A DNA stretch of 64,000 nt from Chlamydiia bacterium (GTDB lineage: Bacteria; Chlamydiota; Chlamydiia; Chlamydiales; 2-12-FULL-49-11): the NCBI GenBank assembly GCA_044359535.1, contig JBIKLZ010000001.1:73163-137162 (forward strand). The letters are read 5' to 3'. A program made the translations under genes and the position numbers. Shown here in pieces: positions 36,875 to 46,029 of this stretch; within the stretch, counting starts at the first letter, position 1; each line of letters starts with the position of its first letter. Below the pieces are notes generated by a model that searched no databases, was not told the DNA's origin, and saw only the letters and a program-made list of their open reading frames with translations.

Positions 36875-37240
36875 ATGGGAACATTTGTAACAAGGGTGGG
36901 ATCGGTTGATGACGATGAATGGGCAGAAGTAGACTTGAGAGATGAGGTAACGACCCATGATGCAGCCGAAGAGGAGGATATCCATGACTATCAGCCTGTA
37001 TTTCATACCCACCGAGCAATAAAATCAAAACAGAATACAAAAGACATAAAAGTAGCAGTCGGCGTTGCATTATTGGTTTTAGGGGTGTTAGCAGCTGTAG
37101 CAGCGCTGGTTCTTACATTTGCTTTTGCAATACCATTTATACCCATAGTGTTGACAATAACCCTTGCAGCAGCTGGAAGCTCAATAACAGGGATTGCTCT
37201 TATACTTTATTCTGTAATTCATAAGAGAAAATCTGCCTAA
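36875..37240 (+). CDS. small Inc-like membrane protein (acidic N-terminus, C-terminal hydrophobic block)
   Basis: An AAGGAG RBS precedes it. The N-terminal ~60 aa are acidic. The hydrophobic block is VAVGVALLVLGVLAAVAALVLTFAFAIPFIPIVLTITLAAAGSSITGIALILYSVI. Confidence 0.5.
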   Translation: MGTFVTRVGSVDDDEWAEVDLRDEVTTHDAAEEEDIHDYQPVFHTHRAIKSKQNTKDIKVAVGVALLVLGVLAAVAALVLTFAFAIPFIPIVLTITLAAAGSSITGIALILYSVIHKRKSA

Positions 37241-37423
37241 AGATGGTTACTAATCTTACTAGCAGGGACCCCTTAAAAAAATTAGGGGAGATTAAATCTA
37301 TAAGACAATGCTAATTCAATAGATAGTGATTCTGAAAAAAGCTGAAAAGTAATTCATTTCGAGCTTTAGTTTTCTCAAAAATAGCCTTGTATTTATTGGC
37401 TAAATCGATAATACTTTTAAGTC

Positions 37424-40348
37424 ATGTCAACATTTCAACAAATCATTTTAGATTTACAAAATTTTTGGGCGAAAAAAGGCTGCATTTTTCAGCAAAGTCA
37501 CGATTTACAAACGGGCGCCGGGACGTTTAATCCAGAAACCTTTTTAAGGGCCCTTGGACCTGAACCCTACAACGTGTGTCATGTTGAAATTTCTAGAAGA
37601 CCCACAGATGGCCGTTATGGGGAAAACCCTAATAGGCTCCAAAGATTCCATCAATTCCAAGTGATGATGAAACCCACTCCTTCAAAAATACTAGAATTCT
37701 ATCTAGAATCGTTAGAAGCAATCGGCTTTACCTTGTCTAACCATGATATCCGCTTTGTTCATGACGACTGGGAATCGCCCACTCAAGGGGCTGCAGGTCT
37801 TGGTTGGGAAGTGTGGTGCGATGGGATGGAAATCACACAGTTTACCTATTTTCAACAAATAGGGGGAATCAGCCTTACTCAGATTCCTGCTGAACTTGCT
37901 TATGGGATCGAAAGAATTGCTTTATTTCTACAAAAAAAAGAAAATGTCTATGATTTAGCGTACAATCAAACTCTTACCTATGGCGATGTTTTTTTAAGTG
38001 CTGAAAAGCAATATTCTCGTTACAATTTTGAAGAGGCTTCTGTCAAAATGTGGCAGGATAAATTTGAAGCATGTGAAAAAGAATCCACTCGCCTCATTAC
38101 CCTTGGTTTACCCATTCCAGCCTATGATATGGCCATTGAAACTTCTCATAGCTTTAATATGCTACAAGCAAGGGGCGCTATTTCAACAACAGCTCGTGTG
38201 GAGATGATTCATAGAGTAAGAGATCTATGTTGCAATGCTGCAAAAGCCTATTTAGTAGAAAGAGAAAAGGAGGGATTTCCTTTATTAAAAAATCTAGATC
38301 CTTATAAACAAAAGGTTCTTAAACCGGTAGAGGTGCTGCCTCAAGAAAGGACCCATTTTCTCCTTGAAATTGGGACAGAGCCTCTTCCAGAGGGGGCAAT
38401 TAAGGGGGCTATTTCATCGTTAAAAACTCTTTTTGAAACATTTTTAGCCGATCAAGAGATTGTTTATGAAACAGTGGATGCTTTTGCTACCCCAAGGCGT
38501 TTATCCTTGTTAGTTCATGGGATCAATACCTACACTCAAGGGGGTGAAGTTGAGAAAAAAGGCCCCTCTATTGAAGGCGCTTTTGATAAAGAAGGAAATG
38601 TCACTAAGCAAGGGACTGGATTTTTTAACTCTATTGGCCTAAACATCTTAACAATTGACCAATTGGATCAAGAGACATCTATAGGGGTCAAAGATTCAAA
38701 ACTAGTTTTTTTTCAAAAAAAAGATAGACTTTTTATCGGTCCAATTCTTCAGCACCATCTCAAAGGGATCATTTTAGCTATAACCTTCCCAAAAAAAATG
38801 AGGTGGGGTAATGAGGGGGTCCTTTTTTCTAGACCCATTGCCTCTTTAGTAGCCCTTTTAGGGGATGTTTTAATAGATCTAGAGATTGAAGGGGTTGTTT
38901 CTTCAAGAGATGTACAGTTGCATTCACAAATGGTAAATAAAACCGTAGCGATTCAAAATCCTTTAGATTATGGTAAAATCCTTTCAAAAGGAAAGGTTTT
39001 AGTAGATGTTAGCGAGAGAAAAGCCTTTATTGATAAACAACTTAAGGACATTTCTGATGCCTACAATTGTGAAATTGTTTTACAAGAGGAGGTTTCATCC
39101 TCTGTTCTTTTTTTAAGTGAGTATCCAATCCTTGCTGTAGGAGAATTTGATCAAAGATTTCTCACCCTTCCAGAAGAGCTGATTTTTTCTGAAATGATCG
39201 ATCATCAAAGATACTACCCTATGAAGAAAAAAGGGGGAGGGATTGCTCCAACCTTTGTTGTGGCTCTGGATAAAGAGCCCACAGAGGAAATGATTAAAAA
39301 TTATGAAAATGTTTTAAGGGCTAGACTTTCTGATGGTCTGTTTCTCTACAAAAAGGATTTAAATGGGTCGTTTGATGAATGGAATAAAAAGCTTTCAGAG
39401 GTAGTTCTCCATCCAAAGCTTGGATCGGTCTATAACAAGGTTGAAAGGATTGTCATTTTATCTGAAAAGATTGGAGCGCTACTGCAATGGAGAATAGATC
39501 CAAAAGCGGCACTTTACTGTAAGGCAGATTTAGTTTCTGAGGTGGTCTATGAATTTGCAGAGCTTCAGGGGACAATGAGTAAATATTATGCACCCCATTT
39601 TGGTCTTGGAGAGGAAGTAGGGGTGGCCATTGAAGAGAGCTATCTTCCTAAATGTGAAGGGGGAAAACTCCCTCAAACAAAAGGGGGGATTGTTCTTGCC
39701 CTTGCTGATCGATTGGATAATCTCTTAAGTTATATCGGTATTGGCCTTATCCCCACTTCTTCAAAGGATCCTTATGCCCTTCGAAGAGCTGCTGTAGGTC
39801 TATTAAAAATCCTTATTGATCATAAATTGTCCATTGATTTAAATCTTCTAGTCAGTGATCCAAAGGTGATGGAGTTTGTTATTGGAAGGATGCCGGCCCT
39901 TTTAAAAGAGTATGGTTTTTCAAACGCAGATATTGAAATGTGCGCTCTTTACAACAGCTGTAATCCCTACCATATTTTTCAGTGTGTTGAGGCTATTTCT
40001 CATCTTAAACAAAATAGCCATTCATTTTCTCAATTCATGGAGATCTATAAGCGCATGAAGGGCTCTGTTCAGGGGTCTAAAGGGGAGGTGGTTTTAGAAA
40101 ATCTCCTTATTGAACCTCAAGAAAAAGAACTCTATTCTGCGATACAAGCAACAGTTGTCCGCTATCATCTTTATGCCGATAAAGGCAATTATAAAGAGGC
40201 TTTTGAGGCGCTTCTTCAGCTTGTAACCCCCTTAGATCACTTCTTTTCTCATGTTCGGGTTCAAACAAGCGACAGTGCCTTACAAAAAAATCGTGTCACT
40301 TTATTGTCTATTCCTTACACTCTTATTTCAAAGACGTTGAACCTTTAA
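37424..40348 (+). CDS. glyQS: glycine--tRNA ligase, fused alpha-beta chain
   Basis: The N-terminus FQQIILDLQNFWAKKGC...GAGTFNPETFLRALGPEP...RRPTDGRYGENPNRLQ is GlyQ. It continues without a stop into a GlyS-like ~680-aa region (PRRL, HQRYYP). Confidence 0.95.
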   Translation: MSTFQQIILDLQNFWAKKGCIFQQSHDLQTGAGTFNPETFLRALGPEPYNVCHVEISRRPTDGRYGENPNRLQRFHQFQVMMKPTPSKILEFYLESLEAIGFTLSNHDIRFVHDDWESPTQGAAGLGWEVWCDGMEITQFTYFQQIGGISLTQIPAELAYGIERIALFLQKKENVYDLAYNQTLTYGDVFLSAEKQYSRYNFEEASVKMWQDKFEACEKESTRLITLGLPIPAYDMAIETSHSFNMLQARGAISTTARVEMIHRVRDLCCNAAKAYLVEREKEGFPLLKNLDPYKQKVLKPVEVLPQERTHFLLEIGTEPLPEGAIKGAISSLKTLFETFLADQEIVYETVDAFATPRRLSLLVHGINTYTQGGEVEKKGPSIEGAFDKEGNVTKQGTGFFNSIGLNILTIDQLDQETSIGVKDSKLVFFQKKDRLFIGPILQHHLKGIILAITFPKKMRWGNEGVLFSRPIASLVALLGDVLIDLEIEGVVSSRDVQLHSQMVNKTVAIQNPLDYGKILSKGKVLVDVSERKAFIDKQLKDISDAYNCEIVLQEEVSSSVLFLSEYPILAVGEFDQRFLTLPEELIFSEMIDHQRYYPMKKKGGGIAPTFVVALDKEPTEEMIKNYENVLRARLSDGLFLYKKDLNGSFDEWNKKLSEVVLHPKLGSVYNKVERIVILSEKIGALLQWRIDPKAALYCKADLVSEVVYEFAELQGTMSKYYAPHFGLGEEVGVAIEESYLPKCEGGKLPQTKGGIVLALADRLDNLLSYIGIGLIPTSSKDPYALRRAAVGLLKILIDHKLSIDLNLLVSDPKVMEFVIGRMPALLKEYGFSNADIEMCALYNSCNPYHIFQCVEAISHLKQNSHSFSQFMEIYKRMKGSVQGSKGEVVLENLLIEPQEKELYSAIQATVVRYHLYADKGNYKEAFEALLQLVTPLDHFFSHVRVQTSDSALQKNRVTLLSIPYTLISKTLNL

Positions 40349-41804
40349 GGCTATAGATCTTTTCGTAGCTTTTTGAGGGTTTATCCCAACTATAATCTTT
40401 ATTTAGCCCATTTTGCATCATTGTTTGCCATTTTTTTTGATCATAGGAATAGGTATAAAAAACCTTTTCCAACATTTTTTCTACCGAGGCAGTGTTTAAT
40501 TCTTCAAAAACAAATCCTGTAGGGTGAGGTTGATCAATATCTGTAACTGTGTCTTTTAATCCCCCTGTATTTCGAACTAAAGGGAGGGTTCCATATCTCA
40601 TACCGATCATTTGAGTCAATCCACAGGGCTCAAATTTCGAAGGAATAAAAATGCAGTCAGCGGCTGCAAAAAGTTGATGAGCCAGCTTTTCATTAAACTG
40701 AAGCTGTATCGATACATTTTTTCGGGATTGATATTTTTCTTTAAGCAAGAGACACTTTCTTTCTAGCCCTTTGTCAAAGACATTTCCAAGGAGAATAAAG
40801 CTACCCCCAAGCTCAGCTGTTTTTTCAAGGGCGTAAAGGATCAGCTCTGGACTTTTTTGACTTACAATTCTTGTGACTGAAATAATAAGGGGCCCTTGTT
40901 CTTGGGGTTGAAGGTTTAACTCTTTAAAAAGAGCTGTTTTATTTAACCCTTTTTTCCTCATTATCTCCTGAAGATAGGTGCTATTTGAAGGGAAGTTTTC
41001 GAATATATTTGTGTCTGTCAAAGGATCCCATGTCTCTATTTCAATTCCATTTAAAATTCCATGCAGTTTTTCTTTGTGCTCTCTTATCACAGGATCTAAT
41101 CCACATCCATATTCAGGGGTAAGGATTTGCTTTGCATAAGTAGGAGAGACAGTTACCACTTGATCGGCATAAACAATCCCCCCCTTCATCAAATTCATCA
41201 TCTCCTTATCATGGGGATCTTGCATCCTTTCTTTTGTAAGAAGGGTCGCTCCATTTAACCCAATCCTTGAAAGGTATTTAGGGTGAATTTTACCTTGATG
41301 CTCAATATTATGAATCGTAAAAATAATAGATGCAATTTTATGTTTTAATTGAGGGGCTAAATGGTGAATAAGGGGGGCAACAGCCGAAGTTGGCCAATCA
41401 TGGAGATGGAGAATATCGCATCCTCTTTTATGGATAAGAAATTGAATAGTGGCTCGACAAAAATACAAAAAACGTTCTGCATCATTTATAGACCCATAAA
41501 TAAGCCCTCTATTAAAGTAATAGGCAGGGTGGTGGGCCTCTATTAAAAAAATATCTATCCCTTCAAAGGTCCCTTTATAGACACTATTATGATATTCAAT
41601 CCCATCTTCATAACTCCACAAATCCTGTACATAGATCTCTAATGTATCAAAAATTTTCATAGGGATCACATCATACTTTGGAAGGATAACACACACCTGA
41701 TGCCCCATTTTCTTTTGTTCTTTGGACAAACCGTGGAGGACATCTCCTAAACCCCCTTCTTTTGCAAAGGGGCTAAATTCAGAGGAAATATGTGTAATAT
41801 TCAT
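40323..41804 (-). CDS. glgA: glycogen synthase (ADP-glucose type)
   Basis: The N-terminus SSEFSPFAKEGGLGDV, the HDWPTS motif and the C-terminal GT-B motifs FEPCGLTQM and TGGLKDTV are present. Confidence 0.9.
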   Translation of the reverse strand: MNITHISSEFSPFAKEGGLGDVLHGLSKEQKKMGHQVCVILPKYDVIPMKIFDTLEIYVQDLWSYEDGIEYHNSVYKGTFEGIDIFLIEAHHPAYYFNRGLIYGSINDAERFLYFCRATIQFLIHKRGCDILHLHDWPTSAVAPLIHHLAPQLKHKIASIIFTIHNIEHQGKIHPKYLSRIGLNGATLLTKERMQDPHDKEMMNLMKGGIVYADQVVTVSPTYAKQILTPEYGCGLDPVIREHKEKLHGILNGIEIETWDPLTDTNIFENFPSNSTYLQEIMRKKGLNKTALFKELNLQPQEQGPLIISVTRIVSQKSPELILYALEKTAELGGSFILLGNVFDKGLERKCLLLKEKYQSRKNVSIQLQFNEKLAHQLFAAADCIFIPSKFEPCGLTQMIGMRYGTLPLVRNTGGLKDTVTDIDQPHPTGFVFEELNTASVEKMLEKVFYTYSYDQKKWQTMMQNGLNKDYSWDKPSKSYEKIYSLKGSTSLK

Positions 41805-41898
41805 GTTTTGACTTATACAATTTATTTTAATTTAAAAAAACTAGAAAACCCACTTGCATAAAAACTCTTAAAGTTTTATGCTGTTTGACAAAATAAAT

Positions 41899-41970
41899 TG
41901 GGGCGTGGCCAAGCGGTAAGGCAGCGGTTTTTGGTACCGCCATGCGTAGGTTCGAATCCTGCCGCCCCAA
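41899..41970 (+). tRNA. tRNA-Gln (anticodon TTG), no encoded CCA
   Basis: TGGGGCGTGGCCAAGCGGTAAGGCAGCGGTTTTTGGTACCGCCATGCGTAGGTTCGAATCCTGCCGCCCCAA was folded by hand. It gives acceptor TGGGGCG/CGCCCCA (U1-A72, typical of bacterial tRNA-Gln), anticodon stem GCGGT/ACCGC with loop TTTTGGT, and T arm GTAGG-TTCGAAT-CCTGC. Confidence 0.9.
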
Positions 41971-42197
41971 AATTAACTTGATTAAAGCGCTGTAATAGCG
42001 GGGACTATAGATCCTATTTTTTTTAAGTTAGAAAACAGAGGATAAGTATTCTGGAAACAGAAGGACCCATAGTTGTAACCCTACAACTCTTATCTTTGAA
42101 ATTCTTTGTCGAGAAGTTGTTTCTCGTTAATTTCAATTGGTCCTCCTTTTTTTTAGAAAATTTGTTCAAAACAAATGCGTAGAATAAAAGGTGGTTT

Positions 42198-42749
42198 ATG
42201 GACATTACTTTAAGTAAAAGAGAAAGTGGAAAAGGGGTGAATCTTCTTAGAAGACAGGGATTTATTCCAGCAGTGGTATATGATAAAACTGGAAATAGTG
42301 TTTCAGTAAAGTTTGAGAAAAAAATATTTGAAGGGCATCTTCGAAATATTGAATCTGGGGGTTTAGCAACTGTTGCCTTCACATTGACTTTAGAGGGTGA
42401 AACATTTACCGCCTTCATCAAAGATATTAGTTATCATAAAACAACCTATGACATTCTACATATTGACTTTTTAAAAGTGAAACAAACAGATGAAATTACA
42501 GTTCATATCCCTGTAGTCTTAAAAGGGACAGAAGTGTGTGCAGCCTTAGCTCAAGGAGCTCAAATTAAAAAAGTAAAAAGATCGGTTAAAACGCGCTGTT
42601 TAGTCAGTGAACTTCCTAAACATTTTGTTGTCGATGTGACATCAAAAAGACTTGGAGATCAGGTTCGCGTTTCAGATGTTGTTTTAACCCCAAGTATGAA
42701 GCTTTGCATTCATGAAAAGCAAGTCCTTGTATCGATGACTAAGAAGTAA
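42198..42749 (+). CDS. rplY: 50S ribosomal protein L25 / general stress protein Ctc
   Basis: The motif is GKGVNLLRRQGFIPAVVYDKTGNS, and the protein is a long Ctc-type of 183 aa. Confidence 0.9.
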   Translation: MDITLSKRESGKGVNLLRRQGFIPAVVYDKTGNSVSVKFEKKIFEGHLRNIESGGLATVAFTLTLEGETFTAFIKDISYHKTTYDILHIDFLKVKQTDEITVHIPVVLKGTEVCAALAQGAQIKKVKRSVKTRCLVSELPKHFVVDVTSKRLGDQVRVSDVVLTPSMKLCIHEKQVLVSMTKK

Positions 42750-42750
42750 T

Positions 42751-43332
42751 ATGACAGAGTCTACATCTCTTTTAATTGTTGGTTTGGGCAACCCCGGGAT
42801 AGAGTATGAAAAAACAAGGCATAATGTAGGTGCTTTAGTGGTTTTTTACTATGCACAAAGACATGGGGTTGTTTTTAAACCAATGAAGCAGGTCAATGGG
42901 TATGTAGGTCATGGGGTTATTGAGGGAAGAAAAGTTCTTTTTTTACTCCCCACTACCTATATGAACCTATCTGGAAATGCTGTAAGAAAATGTCTAGACT
43001 ATTATGAGATTAGAGTTGACCATCTTTTAGTACTTTCTGATGAAACCTACTTGCCTTTTGGGGAAGTGGGGTTAAAAAAAGGGGGCTCAGCAAAAGGTCA
43101 TAACGGACTTAAAAGTATTGAGGAGGCCTTAGGGACTCAAGACTTCTTAAGACTCCGTATCGGAATAGGGGAAAAAACTACAGAGGATTTAGCTGACTAT
43201 GTCTTACAACATTTCTCACAAGGTGAATTTTTGAAAATGGATGAAATTGTGGAAAAATGTAGCGTTGAAATTCAACACAAGGTGTTAAGTCAGCACAAAG
43301 AAAAACAAAATGAAGATCTAGGGAGAAATTAG
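42751..43332 (+). CDS. pth: peptidyl-tRNA hydrolase
   Basis: Motifs are LIVGLGNPGIEYEKTRHNVG and GGSAKGHNGLKSI. Confidence 0.95.
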   Translation: MTESTSLLIVGLGNPGIEYEKTRHNVGALVVFYYAQRHGVVFKPMKQVNGYVGHGVIEGRKVLFLLPTTYMNLSGNAVRKCLDYYEIRVDHLLVLSDETYLPFGEVGLKKGGSAKGHNGLKSIEEALGTQDFLRLRIGIGEKTTEDLADYVLQHFSQGEFLKMDEIVEKCSVEIQHKVLSQHKEKQNEDLGRN

Positions 43333-43689
43333 ATGAGAAATAATACAACAAAGAATCTATACGAAGGTATATTTATTCTACGCACATCCTTATCAGATGA
43401 TGCAAAAGAAAAGGCTTTGGCAAAGATCAAAGGGGTCATAGCTGAAGGGGGTGGACAGGTTTTTAAGGTGATAGACTGGGGAAGAAAAAAACTTGCCTAT
43501 CCAATTAAAGCGGCAAGAGAGGGCCATTTTTATGTCCTATATTTTGATCTACCGGCAAAGTCACTGGATGAATTTATTAGAGAAAACTCTTTAAATGAGG
43601 ATCTTTTACGTTCTATGTATGTGGTTGTAGAAAGTGTGCCAGAAGCAGATGTCATAGAGTTTGCAGAAGTAACAAGAATTAAAGAATAA
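43333..43689 (+). CDS. rpsF: 30S ribosomal protein S6
   Basis: YEGIFILRTSLSD...WGRKKLAYPIKAAREGHFYVLYF is present. Its start abuts the pth stop. Confidence 0.9.
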   Translation: MRNNTTKNLYEGIFILRTSLSDDAKEKALAKIKGVIAEGGGQVFKVIDWGRKKLAYPIKAAREGHFYVLYFDLPAKSLDEFIRENSLNEDLLRSMYVVVESVPEADVIEFAEVTRIKE

Positions 43690-43704
43690 CTCAAGGATTA
43701 GAAT

Positions 43705-43947
43705 ATGATTAAAACAAAAGCTAACTTTCAGTTTCCAAAAGGGCGCAAAAGTCCTTTAAATGCTGCTGGAGTAAATGAAATTGATTACAAAGATGTTGCA
43801 CTTTTAAAACAATTTGTAACAGAGCGTGGCAAAATTCTTCCAAGAAGAATCACAGGTGTTACAGCAAATCAACAAAGAATATTAACAAAAGCGATCAAGC
43901 GAGCAAGATGTATAGCACTTATGCCGTTTGCATCCGCAGAAGCTTAA
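43705..43947 (+). CDS. rpsR: 30S ribosomal protein S18
   Basis: The sequence is [50 protein letters not shown]. Confidence 0.95.
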   Translation: MIKTKANFQFPKGRKSPLNAAGVNEIDYKDVALLKQFVTERGKILPRRITGVTANQQRILTKAIKRARCIALMPFASAEA

Positions 43948-43956
43948 GGGGTATAC

Positions 43957-44481
43957 ATGAAATATCACGTATTATTATTAGAAGATGTGACAAACCATGG
44001 ACGCAAAGGCGAGTTAGCATTTGTTGCCCCAGGTTTTGCTCGCAACTATTTACTGCCACAAGGGAAAGCTATTTTGGCAACCTACGCAACAGTAAAGACA
44101 CAAAATAGATTAAAAGAAGAAAGGGATGCGCAGGCAAAAATTGATCGTGCTGTCTCAGAAAAGATCGCTAATGAGCTTAAAGGAAAATCCTTTTCTAAAG
44201 TATCAAAAGTGGATTCTGATGGACATATGTACGGTTCAGTTTCTGCAAAAGATATTGCTGAAATGCTCTTTAATGAAGGGATAAACATTGAGAAAAAGCA
44301 TGTTGTTCTTCATCTGCCAATTCGTTCTTTAGGAAAGCATTCAGTTCCTATTAAGTTACCAGAAGGGGTCATGGTCACCATTTCTCTAGAAATTGTCCCT
44401 GACAGAATCATTGAAAAGAAAAAGAAAGCTAAAAGTGATGAAGCTGTAGTTTCTTTAGATGAAACAATCATTCAAGAGTAA
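43957..44481 (+). CDS. rplI: 50S ribosomal protein L9
   Basis: The N-terminus is MKYHVLLLEDVTNHGRKGELAFVAPGFARNYLLPQGKA. Confidence 0.95.
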   Translation: MKYHVLLLEDVTNHGRKGELAFVAPGFARNYLLPQGKAILATYATVKTQNRLKEERDAQAKIDRAVSEKIANELKGKSFSKVSKVDSDGHMYGSVSAKDIAEMLFNEGINIEKKHVVLHLPIRSLGKHSVPIKLPEGVMVTISLEIVPDRIIEKKKKAKSDEAVVSLDETIIQE

Positions 44482-44493
44482 AAAAAATATGTA

Positions 44494-44517
44494 GAGGGTA
44501 AGGTTGTCCTTGCCCTC
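44494..44517. terminator. possible bidirectional terminator hairpin between rplI and the convergent transporter gene
   Basis: A 10-bp stem pairs GAGGGTAAGG with CCTTGCCCTC (one G-U pair) around loop TTGT. It is followed by TTGATTT, a weak T tract. Confidence 0.4.
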
Positions 44518-44522
44518 TTGAT

Positions 44523-45980
44523 TTACACAGGAAGAGCTCTTTTTTCTAGCTCAATACCTAGTTTAGTTGTCGATAAAATCAGACTTAAACAAATAGATAA
44601 GGCAAAGATAGCGGCCATATAATAGCTTCCACTAATACTTTGAGCAATAGAAACAAAACCAATAGTTGAAGCTGAACTCATCCCTTTTCCACATTTTGAA
44701 CACAGTCCATCAATAATTAATTTTCCTTTCATTTTAGAAGCTGGGGGCATCGATACAAAAGCAAGCTCTTTACATGGATCAAAGATAGTATATTTTACCG
44801 CTCTACAAACACAAAAGAGCAATCCACCGAGAAAAACAACGATATTTAGCCAGCTATCGTGATTGAGGGCAAAAAGGGATGAACTTAGCGACTCACTACA
44901 TAAAAAGAAGAAAAATATCCCTTCGCTCAAAAAAAGTCCTACAGGGAGGATGATGGCACATGTGACCCATCGAATTTTTTTAAGGAGGATTGGGGCAATA
45001 AAGAGGGCAAAGAAAATAGTGAGTAAGCTATGCCAAAAGGTGAGGTAACCCATAAAAGTACAGTAGTCGGTAGGCAGTGGGTACTTCTCTTTTAAAACCT
45101 GTAGAAAAAGAACTTCAGCAAGGGAATAGGCAATGTAATCGGCAAAAACTATCCAGCCCATCAAGCGTAAGGATTTTGTTTCTAAAAAGAATTGAAGGGC
45201 CTCTTTCAAAGAAAAACTTTTTTCCTTTTCATAGGTGATCCCTGTTGCTGTAAAATGTCTACAAAGATGGCTATAAAAAAAGGCTGTAATAAGGCCGATA
45301 AGGAAGATAAGGCTCATCATTAAAATAAGGGAATGATTCCAATGACTTTTTGTAAGGGGAAAAAGGGACCACAACACTTTGGAGTTACAAAAAATGGTTA
45401 ATGGACCGGCAAAAATCGCTCCAAGGCTTGCTCCAAGCATTAAGGAGGGGTATATACCCTTAGCTTGATCTACAGATAGATTGAAATTAATAAGACCTAG
45501 AAAAAGAATTTGAATAAGGGCAGGTTTCCATAGTTCTCCCATAATATAAAAGCTCATCGAAGCACACTGCATTAAAAAAGGGGTTTTAACAATGGTTTGA
45601 AGTAAGACAAGATTTGGATAGGCAAATCCAGCAAAAAAAATGAAGAAGAATATAAAGATAAAAAGGATGATGAAAAAAACCTTTTTCATTGAAAATTTTT
45701 TCAATATTTTGGATAAGAACCATGTCATAAAAATGGCTGCTGGAAGGACCCCAAAGAGTTCAAAAAGGGGAATGGAGACAGCACTTCCACCTAAATCAGC
45801 AATGGCCAATGTCTTTCTTACACTTTTTAATACTGTGTAATTCATATTCAATAAAAAAATAATCCCAAACATTAATGAAAAAACTTTTATTGAAGAATGT
45901 TTAAGTATTTTGTACATCATTTTCCATGGGTAAAGGCAAAGTATAAAGAAAGGAAAAATATTAATCAAACGATAGAACAT
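44523..45980 (-). CDS. TLC/NTT-family (ATP/ADP or nucleotide transporter-like) membrane protein, divergent
   Basis: It is ~485 aa with about 12 hydrophobic segments. The N-terminal region LNMNYTVLKSVRKTLAIADLGGSAVSIPLFELFGVLPAAIFMTWFLSKI aligns by eye with the NTT signature (fnYtilRdtKDtLvvt..gsgAE.IpflK.w.vlP.a..f...Y.kl). The true start may be an internal Met. Confidence 0.5.
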   Translation of the reverse strand: MFYRLINIFPFFILCLYPWKMMYKILKHSSIKVFSLMFGIIFLLNMNYTVLKSVRKTLAIADLGGSAVSIPLFELFGVLPAAIFMTWFLSKILKKFSMKKVFFIILFIFIFFFIFFAGFAYPNLVLLQTIVKTPFLMQCASMSFYIMGELWKPALIQILFLGLINFNLSVDQAKGIYPSLMLGASLGAIFAGPLTIFCNSKVLWSLFPLTKSHWNHSLILMMSLIFLIGLITAFFYSHLCRHFTATGITYEKEKSFSLKEALQFFLETKSLRLMGWIVFADYIAYSLAEVLFLQVLKEKYPLPTDYCTFMGYLTFWHSLLTIFFALFIAPILLKKIRWVTCAIILPVGLFLSEGIFFFFLCSESLSSSLFALNHDSWLNIVVFLGGLLFCVCRAVKYTIFDPCKELAFVSMPPASKMKGKLIIDGLCSKCGKGMSSASTIGFVSIAQSISGSYYMAAIFALSICLSLILSTTKLGIELEKRALPV

Positions 45981-46029
45981 CGTTATTGACTATCCTTAAA
46001 TATTTCGATAAAATAGAACCTTTTACCCT

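Noticed and set aside
36187-37070. Minus-strand ORFs 36187-36456 (NLNLNL...), 36634-36843 and 36828-37070
   Set aside because: They are antisense readings of the repeat tract and of the hydrophobic-block genes. The plus-strand ORFs have proper RBSs (AAGGAG/GGAG) and coherent membrane-protein architecture.
35320-37300. Recurring TTAAATCTAT(A/G) motif (around 35321, 35481 and 37291) as a possible regulatory box for the Inc-like cluster
   Set aside because: A 9-10-mer of this A/T-rich composition is expected to recur a few times by chance in 64 kb of AT-rich DNA on both strands. One copy lies inside pgsA coding sequence.
42023-42421. 132-aa minus-strand ORF spanning the tRNA-Gln/rplY spacer and the rplY start
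   Set aside because: It overlaps the well-supported L25 gene in antisense and crosses a T8/A8 tract, with no motif.
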